NCBI GenBank assembly: GCA_963771275.1
Contig: CAVYSW010000004.1
Span: forward strand, 1 to 34,648
Direction: 5' to 3'
Source of the DNA: an uncultured Gemmatimonadales bacterium
GTDB lineage: Bacteria > Gemmatimonadota > Gemmatimonadetes > Gemmatimonadales > GWC2-71-9
Length of the DNA stretch: 34,648 nucleotides
Shown here: in pieces, positions 1 through 9,088 of the stretch
Numbering within the stretch: the stretch's first letter is position 1
Layout: the number at the start of each line of letters is the position of its first letter
The notes under the pieces: model-generated
What the model was told of the DNA's origin: nothing
Databases searched by the model: none
Seen by the model: the letters and a program-made list of their open reading frames with translations, nothing else
Translations under genes and position numbers: made by a program

Positions 1-1921
1 TCGGCGAGCGCGAGCGTGGTGGACGCCCCGCCGAGGTAGCCGAACGTCGCGCTGATGTTGACCGACTTGTTGGCTCCGTCGTTGTAATCGAACGCCGGTC
101 GAGACCCTCGTAGTCCGTCGGCAGCGTGTACGCCGCTTGCAACCGCTTGTAGGGCCCGCCGAGCGAGGTGATCGTCGGCGTCGGCATGGCCGCGCCCAGG
201 GTCACGGTGCGCGCCGCCAGCGTATGGAAGTACTCCGTGATCAATCGGGAATGCCGTGGTGGTGGACGCGCTCACGAACAGGCCGTGGAAGTCCGTCCCC
301 AGCTGCTGGCCGCTCGGGATGCCGGACGCCGTGAAGGTCGCATCGCCGGTGCCGCCGCTGTAGAGCGTGGCCGTCGCGCAGTTCGCGCCCACCTGGTAGA
401 ACATCCCCTGGATGACCGTCTCGCCCCCGAGCAGGCCTGCGAGCGTGATGGTGGCGGTGGCGGGCGCGAACGCCTCGCTGCCCGCAAAATCCAGCGTCCC
501 GACCGAGCCGTTGTCGGCGATGTCCTGGTCCCGGCGGATGATCGCGGCATCGGAACCGCCGATCAGGCTGTGGCGATACGCCACCAGGTCCTGGGCGCCG
601 TCGGGAACACCGGTGAGCTGGAAGTCGGATGGCGGGATGAACGTCAAGACCGTGGCCGACCTCCCGCCGAGCGAGACCGTGGAGATGTCCGTCACGGCGG
701 CACCCGCCACGGCGCCGTTGACGGTCTTGCCGGCGGCGGTCGGGGCACAGAACACCAGCGTGCTCGCCGTGAACTCCGCCTGTGTCATGTACTGCACCGT
801 CACCGACGACACGTCGCCCGCGCCTGCCACGACATACGCCAACCCACCGCCGCTGCTCCCGATGGTGAACGTGTAGACGTCGCCCGTGCCCGTGATGCGG
901 GCCCACGGATTCGCGCCGTCCTTGGCGGCGACCCAGACGGCCCGCTCCGCTACCGGACAGCTCGAGAAGTCCACCGTGACGTTGCCCGTGCCCCCGGTGC
1001 CCACGGTGAGTGTGAGCGGCGTCATGCGGGTGCCGGCGCCGCCGGTACCCTCCACGGTTAGGTGGTAGACGCCGGGGGTCACCGCACCGCCCACGTCTAC
1101 CGTCAGGGTGGAGCTCGTGCCGGTGGGGGCGGACGGATTGAACGAGCCGGTGACTCCGGCGGGCGCGCCGGTGAGACTCAACGTCACCGCGCCGGTGAAG
1201 TTGGTGCGGGTGAGGAGGACGGTTGTGGTGCCGTTCCCTCCCGGGGCGATCGAGAGCGCCGACGGCGTGCGCGACAGCCCCAGGGCGACGATCGGCGGAC
1301 GTTTCATCCGGGAGCCTCGTCGTCACGAAGACCTGGAACGTCGAACGTCGTCACCGTGGTCGGCACGGTGAACTCCCAGGTCTTCGCCGAGGTCGTGGCA
1401 CCCGACGCCAGCACCGCGCCGTCCGAGTACAGGAAATACGCCTGGTTCGACCCGGTGAACGTCCCCGTGCCGTCGGCGTTCGCCACGCTGACCGTCCCCG
1501 ACCCTCCGGTCACCGTGGGACCGGAATGGAAGAACACCTTGATGCCGCCGGCGTCCGCGGTGGTCCCGTCGGCCGTGTTCATCGGCTGCGCGACGAGATT
1601 CTCGACAGTGACGTTCGACGTGAACGCCTGCGTTCCGCTGTTGTAGGCGGTCCCGCTCGACGCCAGCCGGACCAAGGCGCCCTGACCGCCCAGGATCCGA
1701 TTGAGGCTTATCCCAGGGGCGGGCCGCGCTTGCGGGGCGCCCTGCGGCTGCGATGAGGCGCAGGTGATGGTCCCGGCGCTCACCGACGCCTGGCACGTGA
1801 TCAGCTCCGTGCGGAACTGACCCGTCGGCGCCGCGGGAGCATCGGGCTCGGTGCACGCCGCGACCAACAACACGACGGCGGACAAAGCCCCTGCGTCGAT
1901 CAGCCGGACAGTGCGAAGCAT
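1..1921 (-). CDS. Large secreted/surface lipoprotein with Thr/Gly-rich beta-sandwich (Ig-like) domains; broken by several frameshifts, 3' end runs off the window
   Basis: Signal peptide with lipobox VVLLVAA-C. Re-reading across frameshifts near 1340 and 1293 gives a continuous beta-rich protein (FQVFVTTRLPDET...ALSIAPGGNGTTTVLLTRTNFTGAVTLSLTGAPAGVTGSFNPSAPTGTSSTLTV...). Further shifts near 245 and 105. Confidence 0.7.
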
Positions 1922-2417
1922 TGTCTACCTCCGGGGGCTCCCGCCCCGCGCCAGCAGCTGTGGAGATATTGGCTTAACCAGGCGAGCTTCCCGCTCCCCC
2001 GGGCACATCGCAGGCACGGAAACGGATCGGTCACTCCGGTCTGCTCGGAATCGGAATAGGAATTTCAACCCCCCAAAGTACGGCGGGCTGAATGAACCGT
2101 CCAGGGACCCTGCGGGTCGGGTCGATCCGCTGCCGGGGGCGGGGTCTGGGGGCTGCGCGGCGGCGGCCGGCGCGTGCGGGTGCGGCACGGGGGCAAGCAG
2201 CGTCTCCTCCAGCCAGAGGCTCCACCGGGGCCGTCACGCCCGGCCGTCAGCCCGCGACTGGCGCCACAAGCCGCGCGCGTGATTCGCCTCGCATCCTCCC
2301 GCCCCAACTCGCGACCTTCCAACCCCGCCGTGTGCTGAAACGATGACGTCGCTGAGATCGAGTCCCCCCATCATCCCCCATGCCCCCTTGTCCCGGTCAC
2401 CCGGAGGACCCGATACT

Positions 2418-2981
2418 ATGGCCATGCCGCTCGCGCACCGCCGCTTCACCGTGGACGAGTATCACCGGATGGCCGAGGTGGGCATCCTGGGCGAGGACGA
2501 CCGCGTCGAGTTGCTCGACGGGGAGATCGTCCTCATGACGCCCATCGGAGCTCGTCATGCGAGCACGGTCGCTCGGCTCGGACAGCGGCTCGGCCGCCTC
2601 GCGGGTGCGGGGGCGACCGTGTGGATCCAGAACCCCGTCCGCCTGGGCCGCTACGCGGAGCCCGAGCCCGACCTCACCCTCCTCAAGCCGCGTGATGACT
2701 TCTACGCCAAGCGCCTGCCCGGGCCGGATGACGTGCTCCTCGTGGTGGAAGTGGCCGACAGTTCGCAGCGCACCGACCGCGAGCAGAAGATCCCGCTGTA
2801 CGCGCGCGCGGGCCTCCCCGAAGTGTGGCTCGTGGACCTCCCGCGGGACGTGATCGAGGTGTATCGCGAACCAGCGGCCGGAGCCTATCGCAGCGTCCAG
2901 ACCGTTGCGCGCGACGCCACGCTTGCGATCCTCAAGCTGCCCGGAGTCACCCTCCCCGCCACCGAGGTGCTGGGCGCGTAA
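2418..2981 (+). CDS. Uma2 family (PD-(D/E)XK-like) endonuclease
   Basis: RRFTVDEYHRMAEVGIL..DDRVELLDGEI, EPEPDL, LLVVEVADSS..DREQKIPLYARAGLPEVWLVD motifs; start at ATG 2418 or 2424. Confidence 0.92.
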   Translation: MAMPLAHRRFTVDEYHRMAEVGILGEDDRVELLDGEIVLMTPIGARHASTVARLGQRLGRLAGAGATVWIQNPVRLGRYAEPEPDLTLLKPRDDFYAKRLPGPDDVLLVVEVADSSQRTDREQKIPLYARAGLPEVWLVDLPRDVIEVYREPAAGAYRSVQTVARDATLAILKLPGVTLPATEVLGA

Positions 2982-3066
2982 CGGCGCCCTTCCAGGGCGC
3001 TGTTCCTTGGCCGAGCGCGGGCGCTCAGCCCGCGACTGGGCGCGAGAGAGGTGGCGCTCGGCCCGC

Positions 3067-3101
3067 TTGCGCCCATTTGGCAGCCCCGGCATACTCCGCC
3101 C
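3067..3101 (+). promoter_or_regulatory. sigma70-type promoter for a probable leaderless mnt-hepT transcript
   Basis: TTGCGC (3067-3072) - 17 nt - CATACT (3090-3095) - 6 nt - ATG 3102, no SD. Confidence 0.55.
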
Positions 3102-3518
3102 ATGAACGACGTCACGGCGGCCATTCGGGCCGTCTTCGAGCAGCGGGGAGACGGCGTGGTTTCGGTCTACCTGTTCGGCAGCCGGGCCCGCGGCGTCCCG
3201 CACAGCGAGAGCGACATAGACGTGGGCATCGTGTTCGACTACGCCGCGCTGCCCGATCGCGCCGCGCGTGCCCGTCGTGCCCTGGGACTCGCACCGCACC
3301 TGATCGCCGCCACCCACGTAAACCGCGTGGACGTCGTGGCGCTGAACGATGCCCCACCGGAGCTGGCAGCGCGCGTCATCCTGGAGGGTATCCGCCTGGT
3401 CTGCGCCGACTCCGAGGCCGACCACGCCTTCATGCGCCGGACCCTCCTGCTCGCCGCCGACCAGGCCCCGTTTCTCGAACGGGTCAGGCGGCTCAAGCTC
3501 GCGGCCATCGCCCGATGA
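3102..3518 (+). CDS. mntA: Minimal nucleotidyltransferase (MNT) antitoxin, type VII TA
   Basis: YLFGSRARG..HSESDIDVGI (GSX10DXD), VDVVALNDAPPELAARV; ATGA overlap with the HEPN gene. Confidence 0.88.
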   Translation: MNDVTAAIRAVFEQRGDGVVSVYLFGSRARGVPHSESDIDVGIVFDYAALPDRAARARRALGLAPHLIAATHVNRVDVVALNDAPPELAARVILEGIRLVCADSEADHAFMRRTLLLAADQAPFLERVRRLKLAAIAR

Positions 3519-3931
3519 CGTTCCTCGTCGAGCGCCTCGCCGATCTCCAGCGTCACTTGGATCACCTGCGCATGGTCCGCCCGCAGGTCCGCAACGCCGC
3601 CCAACTCGAGACCGACCTGTCCCTGCACAACGACGTGCTGTTCTCGCTCCTGGTGGTCTGCCAGGCCGTGATCGACATCGCGGGTGAGCTGGCCGGGCGG
3701 CGTGGCATCCGGTTCCAGGACTACGCAGGCGCGATCGGTGCGCTGCGCCAGATCGAGGGCATCCCGGCCGACCTGGCGGACGTTTTGCTTCCCCTCCCCG
3801 GGTTTCGGAACATCCTGATCCACGAGTACGTCGACCTGGACTACGGCCGCGTGCTGGAGGCGCTCGATGGCTTGGAGCCGGTCGAGCGCTTCGTGTCGGC
3901 CGTCGCGGCACTCGAAGCCGCCTCCTCATAG
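3515..3931 (+). CDS. hepT: HEPN/DUF86 ribonuclease toxin (HepT-like)
   Basis: C-terminal 138 aa of ORF 2825..3931 starting MTFLVERL; QAVIDIA and GFRNILIHEY (RX4HXY) motif. Confidence 0.88.
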   Translation: MTFLVERLADLQRHLDHLRMVRPQVRNAAQLETDLSLHNDVLFSLLVVCQAVIDIAGELAGRRGIRFQDYAGAIGALRQIEGIPADLADVLLPLPGFRNILIHEYVDLDYGRVLEALDGLEPVERFVSAVAALEAASS

Positions 3932-3942
3932 CCGTTGGCCGT

Positions 3943-4191
3943 CTAGCTGTACGCTCGCTGCAGCGCTTCCCGCCATTTGGCCTCGGGCGCCAGGGTCACC
4001 GCCTCGAGCAGCCCCACGTTTGCCAGCAGCAGCGCGAGGAGCCGGCGCCGCATCTCCGGGTACTCGGGACCCTCGAACAGGTACCCCTCCCACACCTCGA
4101 ACTTCTCCGGCGTGTAAGCATGGTACTCGTCCAGCGTGATCGGCCGGGGCTCAAGATCCGCGCGCGGGAGTTCTCCAGCGGCTTCGCTCAT
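3943..4191 (-). CDS. Small hypothetical protein resembling the Uma2 N-terminal segment
   Basis: 82 aa, GGAGG SD, ITLDEYHAYTPEKFEVWEGYL resembles the Uma2 N-terminus; no nuclease motifs. Confidence 0.65.
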   Translation of the reverse strand: MSEAAGELPRADLEPRPITLDEYHAYTPEKFEVWEGYLFEGPEYPEMRRRLLALLLANVGLLEAVTLAPEAKWREALQRAYS

Positions 4192-4436
4192 GACACCTCC
4201 GAATCACGGTGCGCCACCGCAGGCGAACGCGTCGCAGACAGCATGCGGCAGAGCAGCGACACGGTTCTCACCATCCAATCGCGCCAGGCGCGGTCCCGCG
4301 CGAGCAGGTCTTTCCGAATCCGGTGCTCTGTCTCGTGAATCTCGGCCTCGAGCGAGATCACCCGCCGCTCACCCTCTCCAATGCGCGACGGCGACCAGGA
4401 CGATTCAGACAACGCGAGCGAATCACGGGCTTCCAC
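4188..4436 (-). CDS. Small hypothetical protein (82 aa, possible coiled coil)
   Basis: Strong SD GGAGGAGG 5 nt before GTG at 4436; stop overlaps the ATG of the next ORF (ATGA). Confidence 0.5.
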   Translation of the reverse strand: MEARDSLALSESSWSPSRIGEGERRVISLEAEIHETEHRIRKDLLARDRAWRDWMVRTVSLLCRMLSATRSPAVAHRDSEVS

Positions 4437-4600
4437 GTGATCCTCCTCCGGCAAATGACTCGCACACCGTACGCTCGGCCGGCGAGTCACGCAAGCGCGT
4501 AGAAATGGTACGGGTGATATAGTCCCGCACTGAGGTGCGCACTCGGCCGAGGAGCAAAGAGGCTGCAGCGTGACGGGCGGAGCGAGCGGAGCCCGCCCAC

Positions 4601-5488
4601 TCATCCGGCGCCGAGGGACGCCACCAGTCTGGCCACGGTGTCGAAGGCACGGTCGAGGTCGAACTCCGCGAAGTCGCGCGCCCGCAGCACCGGCCGCAAC
4701 TCCGTCTCGAGCTGCGACCGCAATGCGGCGAGCCGAGTTGGAGAGACATCCACCGGCTCGCTCCCAGCCACGGCGAGCTTCCACCGAACCAGGGCAACCA
4801 ACTTGGCGTCATCCAGGCGGAGGCCCAGCCGGCGAACCGCGTGATCAATGTCGTAGAAGTCGCGGATCGCCCCTCCACGACGGGTCAGCGCGGCCCGCAG
4901 CTTCTCGGCCATGGCCTCCTCGCGCGACAGGCACGGGACGGACACCGGCGGCGCCAGCGGCGAGCCGGAAACCGGATCGAGAAGGAGTGTCCCCGCCTCG
5001 CCGAGCGCCACGGGATCGAGCAGTGGCTCGCGCAGGCTCACCTCCACCTGGATGGTTCCCTCCTCACCGCCCAACGGAGAGGTGTAGCCGAGCACGGCGA
5101 GGTACTGCGTCGAGGTGTTCGCCCCCGTGAGCGGCATCGTCACGCGGAAGCCTGGGAGCTGCCGGTCAATGCGCGCCAGGGAATTTCTCAGGGTCCGGGC
5201 GCGGCTCCGCCGCTCGCTCCGGGTCGCTTCCACCGGTGTCGGGATGGCGAAGTCGAGGTCCTCACTGAGCCGGTAGAACCCCGCGTGAACCTTGGCCAGG
5301 CAGGTACCGCCCTTGAAGACCAGCGGGCCTCCGGCCGGCGCGAGGCCTTGCAGGAGGACAGTGCAGAAGTAGTCCTTCACGATGAGCCGTGCAGGGAAGC
5401 CGGTCTCGGCAGCTGTGAAGTTCACGGCTTCCCCGAACAGCGCAGCATCGTCATGCAGCCGGAGCGGCGCGGCGTCAGGCGCGCTCAT
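4601..5488 (-). CDS. abiEii: AbiEii/AbiGii nucleotidyltransferase toxin, type IV TA
   Basis: KDYF, LVFKGGTCLAKV..FYRLSEDLDF, EAMAEKLRAALTR..AIRDFYDI motifs. Confidence 0.9.
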   Translation of the reverse strand: MSAPDAAPLRLHDDAALFGEAVNFTAAETGFPARLIVKDYFCTVLLQGLAPAGGPLVFKGGTCLAKVHAGFYRLSEDLDFAIPTPVEATRSERRSRARTLRNSLARIDRQLPGFRVTMPLTGANTSTQYLAVLGYTSPLGGEEGTIQVEVSLREPLLDPVALGEAGTLLLDPVSGSPLAPPVSVPCLSREEAMAEKLRAALTRRGGAIRDFYDIDHAVRRLGLRLDDAKLVALVRWKLAVAGSEPVDVSPTRLAALRSQLETELRPVLRARDFAEFDLDRAFDTVARLVASLGAG

Positions 5489-6275
5489 TCAGCACGACGC
5501 CCCATCGCCGATCGAGCGTTCCTCGTTTGGGCCGAGTGGGAATCCAGGGGATCAGGCTTGTGGTGGGCTCAAGCGCCCGCTCCAGCGTGCGCAGGTGTGC
5601 GGCGCCGACGCCTTCGCGCTCCAGCAGTGCGCCGATTCGGCGGATCGTGCCCGCATTCCCGTATCGCAAGGTCGCCCGAACCAACTCGTTGGCGCGGACC
5701 CGTCGTGCCGCCAGCTCGGTCCGAATCCATCCGAACGCTCGCGGCAGGCTGCCGAATCGAGACCAGTCATACACGGCGTCCACCAACGTGCGGGCGCGCG
5801 AAGAGTACGTTGCGGTCACGCCGTCCGCCGTCCGCACCTCCTCGGTATCGCCGAGCCGCCCGTCGGCCACTTTGATCAACGTCAGGGCCACGGCGCCGAC
5901 GGTTCGCGTGCCGGATATTCGGTTGTTATACGCATACACGCGGGCCGGCACTTGGGTGGTGAAGCCGTACCGGTTGAACGCGTTGGGACCGCAGATCTGC
6001 CAGCGCCCGCGGCGCTCCATCATCAGCGTGTCGAGGGCGAGGATCTCGTCAGGGCTCCACTTGCCGCCCAGAGGGAGCCGTGGCGGCACGAGGTACAGGC
6101 CCCGCCACACCCGGGCGATGAGGCCGGCTCTGGCGAGGCGGCTCAGGAGCTTCGCCTCCTGCGTGCGCGTGATCCGCAGGGCCCGCGTCAGGTCGCCGAC
6201 GCGGACGGCCCGCAGCTGCCGCATCTGGACGTAGGCCAGTAGTTGGGTTTCGAGCGGGCCCAAGGTCCGTTTCAT
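5475..6275 (-). CDS. abiEi: AbiEi antitoxin / transcriptional regulator, type IV TA
   Basis: N-terminal wHTH (LLSRLARAGLIARVWRGLYLV), AFNRYGFTTQVP, RTLVDAV; overlaps the abiEii start. Confidence 0.87.
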   Translation of the reverse strand: MKRTLGPLETQLLAYVQMRQLRAVRVGDLTRALRITRTQEAKLLSRLARAGLIARVWRGLYLVPPRLPLGGKWSPDEILALDTLMMERRGRWQICGPNAFNRYGFTTQVPARVYAYNNRISGTRTVGAVALTLIKVADGRLGDTEEVRTADGVTATYSSRARTLVDAVYDWSRFGSLPRAFGWIRTELAARRVRANELVRATLRYGNAGTIRRIGALLEREGVGAAHLRTLERALEPTTSLIPWIPTRPKRGTLDRRWGVVLNERA

Positions 6276-6320
6276 GGGGGTATTCTATTTATAGCTTATT
6301 CCCTTGGCAAGGGAATAAGC
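6276..6320 (-). promoter_or_regulatory. abiE promoter with overlapping palindromic operator
   Basis: Minus strand TTGCCA (6310-6305) - 17 nt - TAGAAT (6287-6282) - 6 nt - ATG; perfect inverted repeat GCTTATTCCCTTG-G-CAAGGGAATAAGC at 6294-6320 covers the -35. Confidence 0.8.
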
Positions 6321-6384
6321 AGAAGTGGTATACACCTGGCTGGGAGGCTGTTCTCACCTGAAACGCTGGTGAAGAGCCTCCACG

Positions 6385-6450
6385 AACGCAGAGCCGCACA
6401 ACCGGTACAACAGCGTAGTCGCCTCTGCGATCTCTGCGTGCTCCGCGGTG
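6385..6450. repeat. 9-nt-period CGCAGAG inverted repeat element directly after the rarA stop
   Basis: AACGCAGAG (6385-6393) opposite CTCTGCGAT CTCTGCGTG CTCCGCGGT (6423-6449); same family as 29895-30161. Confidence 0.7.
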
Positions 6451-7819
6451 TTACTCGGGTGCCTTCTTCTTGATACTCGCCCACCACGCCAGCCGCTCCC
6501 CGATCGTCTTCTCGAACCCGCGGTCGGTGGGCTCATACCACTTGGCGCCCCGCAGCACCTCGGGCAGGTATTCCTGCCCCGCCGCCAGCGCCTCCGGCTC
6601 GGCGTGGTCGTAGCGGTAGCCCGCGCCGTAGCCCAGGTCCTTCATCAACGCCGTGGGCGCGTTCCGGATGTGGAGCGGCACGGGCTCGGCCGGGTGCTCC
6701 CGGGCGGCCTCCATCGCCTGGCCCCAGGCCAGGTAGATCCGGTTCGACTTGGGGGCCGTGGCCATGTAGACCACCGCCTCGGCAAGCGCCAGCTCCCCCT
6801 CCGGCGAGCCGAGGAAGTGGTACGTGTCCTTGGCGGCCAAGGCCAATGACAGCGCCCGCGGGTCCGCGAGCCCGATGTCCTCGGCCGCCATCCGCACCAC
6901 CCGCCGCGCCACGTACAGCGGGTCCTCCCCTCCCACAATCATCCGGGCGAGCCAGTACAGGGCCCCCTCCACATCGCTGCCCCGTACGGCCTTGTGGAGC
7001 GCGGAAATGACGTTGTAGTGCTCCTCCCCCGACTTGTCGTATTTCGGGAGCCGCTTGGCGAGGACGGCTTCGAGAACCTCGAGTGAAAGGGGAAAAGTGA
7101 ACAGTGAAAAGTCGGCTGCGGTGTAGGTCGCGATTCCCTCGATCGCATTCAGCACCCGGCGCGCGTCCCCATCTGCCACGCGCACGAGACGGTCCACCGC
7201 GTCACTCGGAGAGCCAAGCCTCGACGTTCGTTTCACTTTTCACTTTTCTCTTTTCACTCGCCGGCAGTCCCACCTCGGCAAACGCCCGCCGAACGATCAC
7301 CGCCAGATCCGCTTCCGTGAGGGGTTCCAGCACGTACACCTGGAGCCTGGAGAGCAGCGCCCCCGTGAGCTCGAAGCTCGGGTTCTCGGTCGTGGCGCCG
7401 ATCAGCGTGATGATGCCCTGCTCCACCCACGGCAGAAACGCGTCCTGCTGCGCCTTGTTGAACCGGTGGATCTCGTCGCAGAACATGATCGTCCCACGCC
7501 CCTCGAGCCGGAGCCGCTCCTGCGCCTGCTTGATGATCTCCCGCACCCGCGGCACGCCTTCCGTGACCGCGCTGAACGGCTCGAACACCTTGTCGGTGTG
7601 CTTGGCGATCAGGTAGGCGAGCGTGGTCTTGCCGCACCCCGGCGGGCCCCAGAAGATGATGCTCGGCACCTCGCCGCGCTCGATCGCCTGCCGGAGCGGC
7701 TTCCCCTCGCCCAGCAGGTGGCGCTGCCCCACGAACTCCGCCAGGGCTTGGGGCCGGAGCCGGGAGGCCAGGGGCTCGTGGGAGTCGGACTCGAACAGCG
7801 AGGGCTCGGAGTGGGTCAT
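6451..7819 (-). CDS. rarA: Replication-associated recombination protein A (MgsA/RarA AAA+ ATPase); one frameshift near 7205
   Basis: EPLASRLRP, Walker A GPPGCGKTT, DEIHRFNKAQQD, GATTENPSF, DGDARR, ISALHKAVRGSD, EDIGLADP, VPLHIRNAPT; joins ORFs 7202..7864 and 6451..7236. Confidence 0.95.
7082..7258. repeat. Intragenic inverted pair of GTGAAAA heptamer arrays inside rarA
   Basis: 7082-7111 GTGAAAA-like units and 7231-7258 TTTTCAC units; translated as FSLFTFPLSL and SEKRKVKSE. Confidence 0.9.
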
Positions 7820-7820
7820 G

Positions 7821-7897
7821 GGTGAACAGTAAGAAGTGAAAAGTGAAAAGTGAAAAGTGAACACGTATGGAGCGACTTTTCACTTTTCACTTTTCAC
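7821..7897. repeat. Inverted heptamer array pair at the lhgO|rarA junction
   Basis: AGTGAAA x4 plus 2 degenerate units (7821-7862), about 14 nt spacer, TTTTCAC x3 (7877-7897); supplies the lhgO C-terminus VKSEK and its TGA stop. Confidence 0.95.
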
Positions 7898-9088
7898 TCC
7901 GTCCACGACCAGGTCAGCGAAGCTCAGTGAGCACGTGAAGGCTGGCGACACCGCATTCAAGACGTGCGTGGAATTCGGGCCCGGCTCGATCACGAAGTCC
8001 ATCTCCAGCTCTCCCTTCTCCCGGTCGAACAGCTGCGCGCGGATGCCGTACTTGTCCGCCTTGACGAGGTCGTGGCTCGTGATCCGGGGCAGCATGCCGC
8101 GCGTGGCGCGCATGAACGCGGGCTTCAAGAGCCGCGGTGCCTCGGCGTGAAGGTAGTGACGAAAGCCGTTCGGATTCCGGACGTACTGCTGGAGGATCCG
8201 GCCGGTGATGGCGCCGAGGTCGCTCAGCGAAAGGTCCTCGAGCCCACGGTAGTTCTCCCGCCCGAACGCCGGCATGGCCGTGGGCCCAAAGTACACCGTG
8301 CCGGACACCGCCGTCGTGGCGTGCACGCCGAGGAATGGGAAGCGGAGGTCCGGCACGGGATAGATCAGCCCATTTACGGTGATCGGGCTCCCGGGCCGGA
8401 GCTTGTAGTAGAACCCGCGGAACGGGAGGATGCGGTAGCGCTCCCCGACCCCGAACGCGTGGGCGACCTTGTCGGCGTGCGCGCCGGCGGCGTTGATCAG
8501 GTGGCCGTAGCGGTAGGTGGTGCCGGCCGCCGTCACCGTGCGCGAGCGGGCGTCGGGCACGGCGACCTCGCCCAACCGCACCTGGACCCCGCCCGCCGTG
8601 ATCTCCTTGGCCACGTGCTCCACCACCGCCACCGGGTCCAGCACGGCCGTGGCGGGATTGTAGAGCCCGCGCCCGTCCGCCGAATGGGCGTCCGGTTCCA
8701 CGCGGCGGATCTCCGCCTCGTCGATCAGCCGGAAATCGGCGCCGTTGGCCCGCCCCCGCGCCTGCAGCGTCTCGAGCCGGCCGCTGTCTTTGCGATCGAG
8801 CGGGATGATCAGCTTCCCCACCCGCTTGATCGGCAGGCCGTGCTCGTCGCAGTACGCCGCCAGCCGCCTCCCGCCCTCGGCGCAGATCCGCCCCTTGAGC
8901 GACCCCGCGCCGTAGTAGATCCCCGAGTGGATCACCCCGGAGTTCCGGCCCGAGGCGTGCGCCGCGAGCCGCGGCTCCTTCTCGAATACGACGATCGAGG
9001 CGTCGGGGTACCGCAGCCGCAGGGCACGGGCGATGGTGAGCCCGACGATGCCGGCGCCGATTACGGCGAAATCAACGGAAGTGGGCAT
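7880..9088 (-). CDS. lhgO: L-2-hydroxyglutarate oxidase family FAD-dependent oxidoreductase
   Basis: VIGAGIVGL, EKE..LAAHASGRNSGVIHSGIYY, IYPVPDLRFPFLGVH, GIRAQ, HVLNAVSPAFT. Confidence 0.9.
   Translation of the reverse strand: MPTSVDFAVIGAGIVGLTIARALRLRYPDASIVVFEKEPRLAAHASGRNSGVIHSGIYYGAGSLKGRICAEGGRRLAAYCDEHGLPIKRVGKLIIPLDRKDSGRLETLQARGRANGADFRLIDEAEIRRVEPDAHSADGRGLYNPATAVLDPVAVVEHVAKEITAGGVQVRLGEVAVPDARSRTVTAAGTTYRYGHLINAAGAHADKVAHAFGVGERYRILPFRGFYYKLRPGSPITVNGLIYPVPDLRFPFLGVHATTAVSGTVYFGPTAMPAFGRENYRGLEDLSLSDLGAITGRILQQYVRNPNGFRHYLHAEAPRLLKPAFMRATRGMLPRITSHDLVKADKYGIRAQLFDREKGELEMDFVIEPGPNSTHVLNAVSPAFTCSLSFADLVVDGVKSEK

Noticed and set aside
1925..2340. ncRNA or small gene in the lipoprotein-uma2 intergenic region
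   Set aside because: No recognisable RNA family or credible ORF; only GC-rich hairpin potential.
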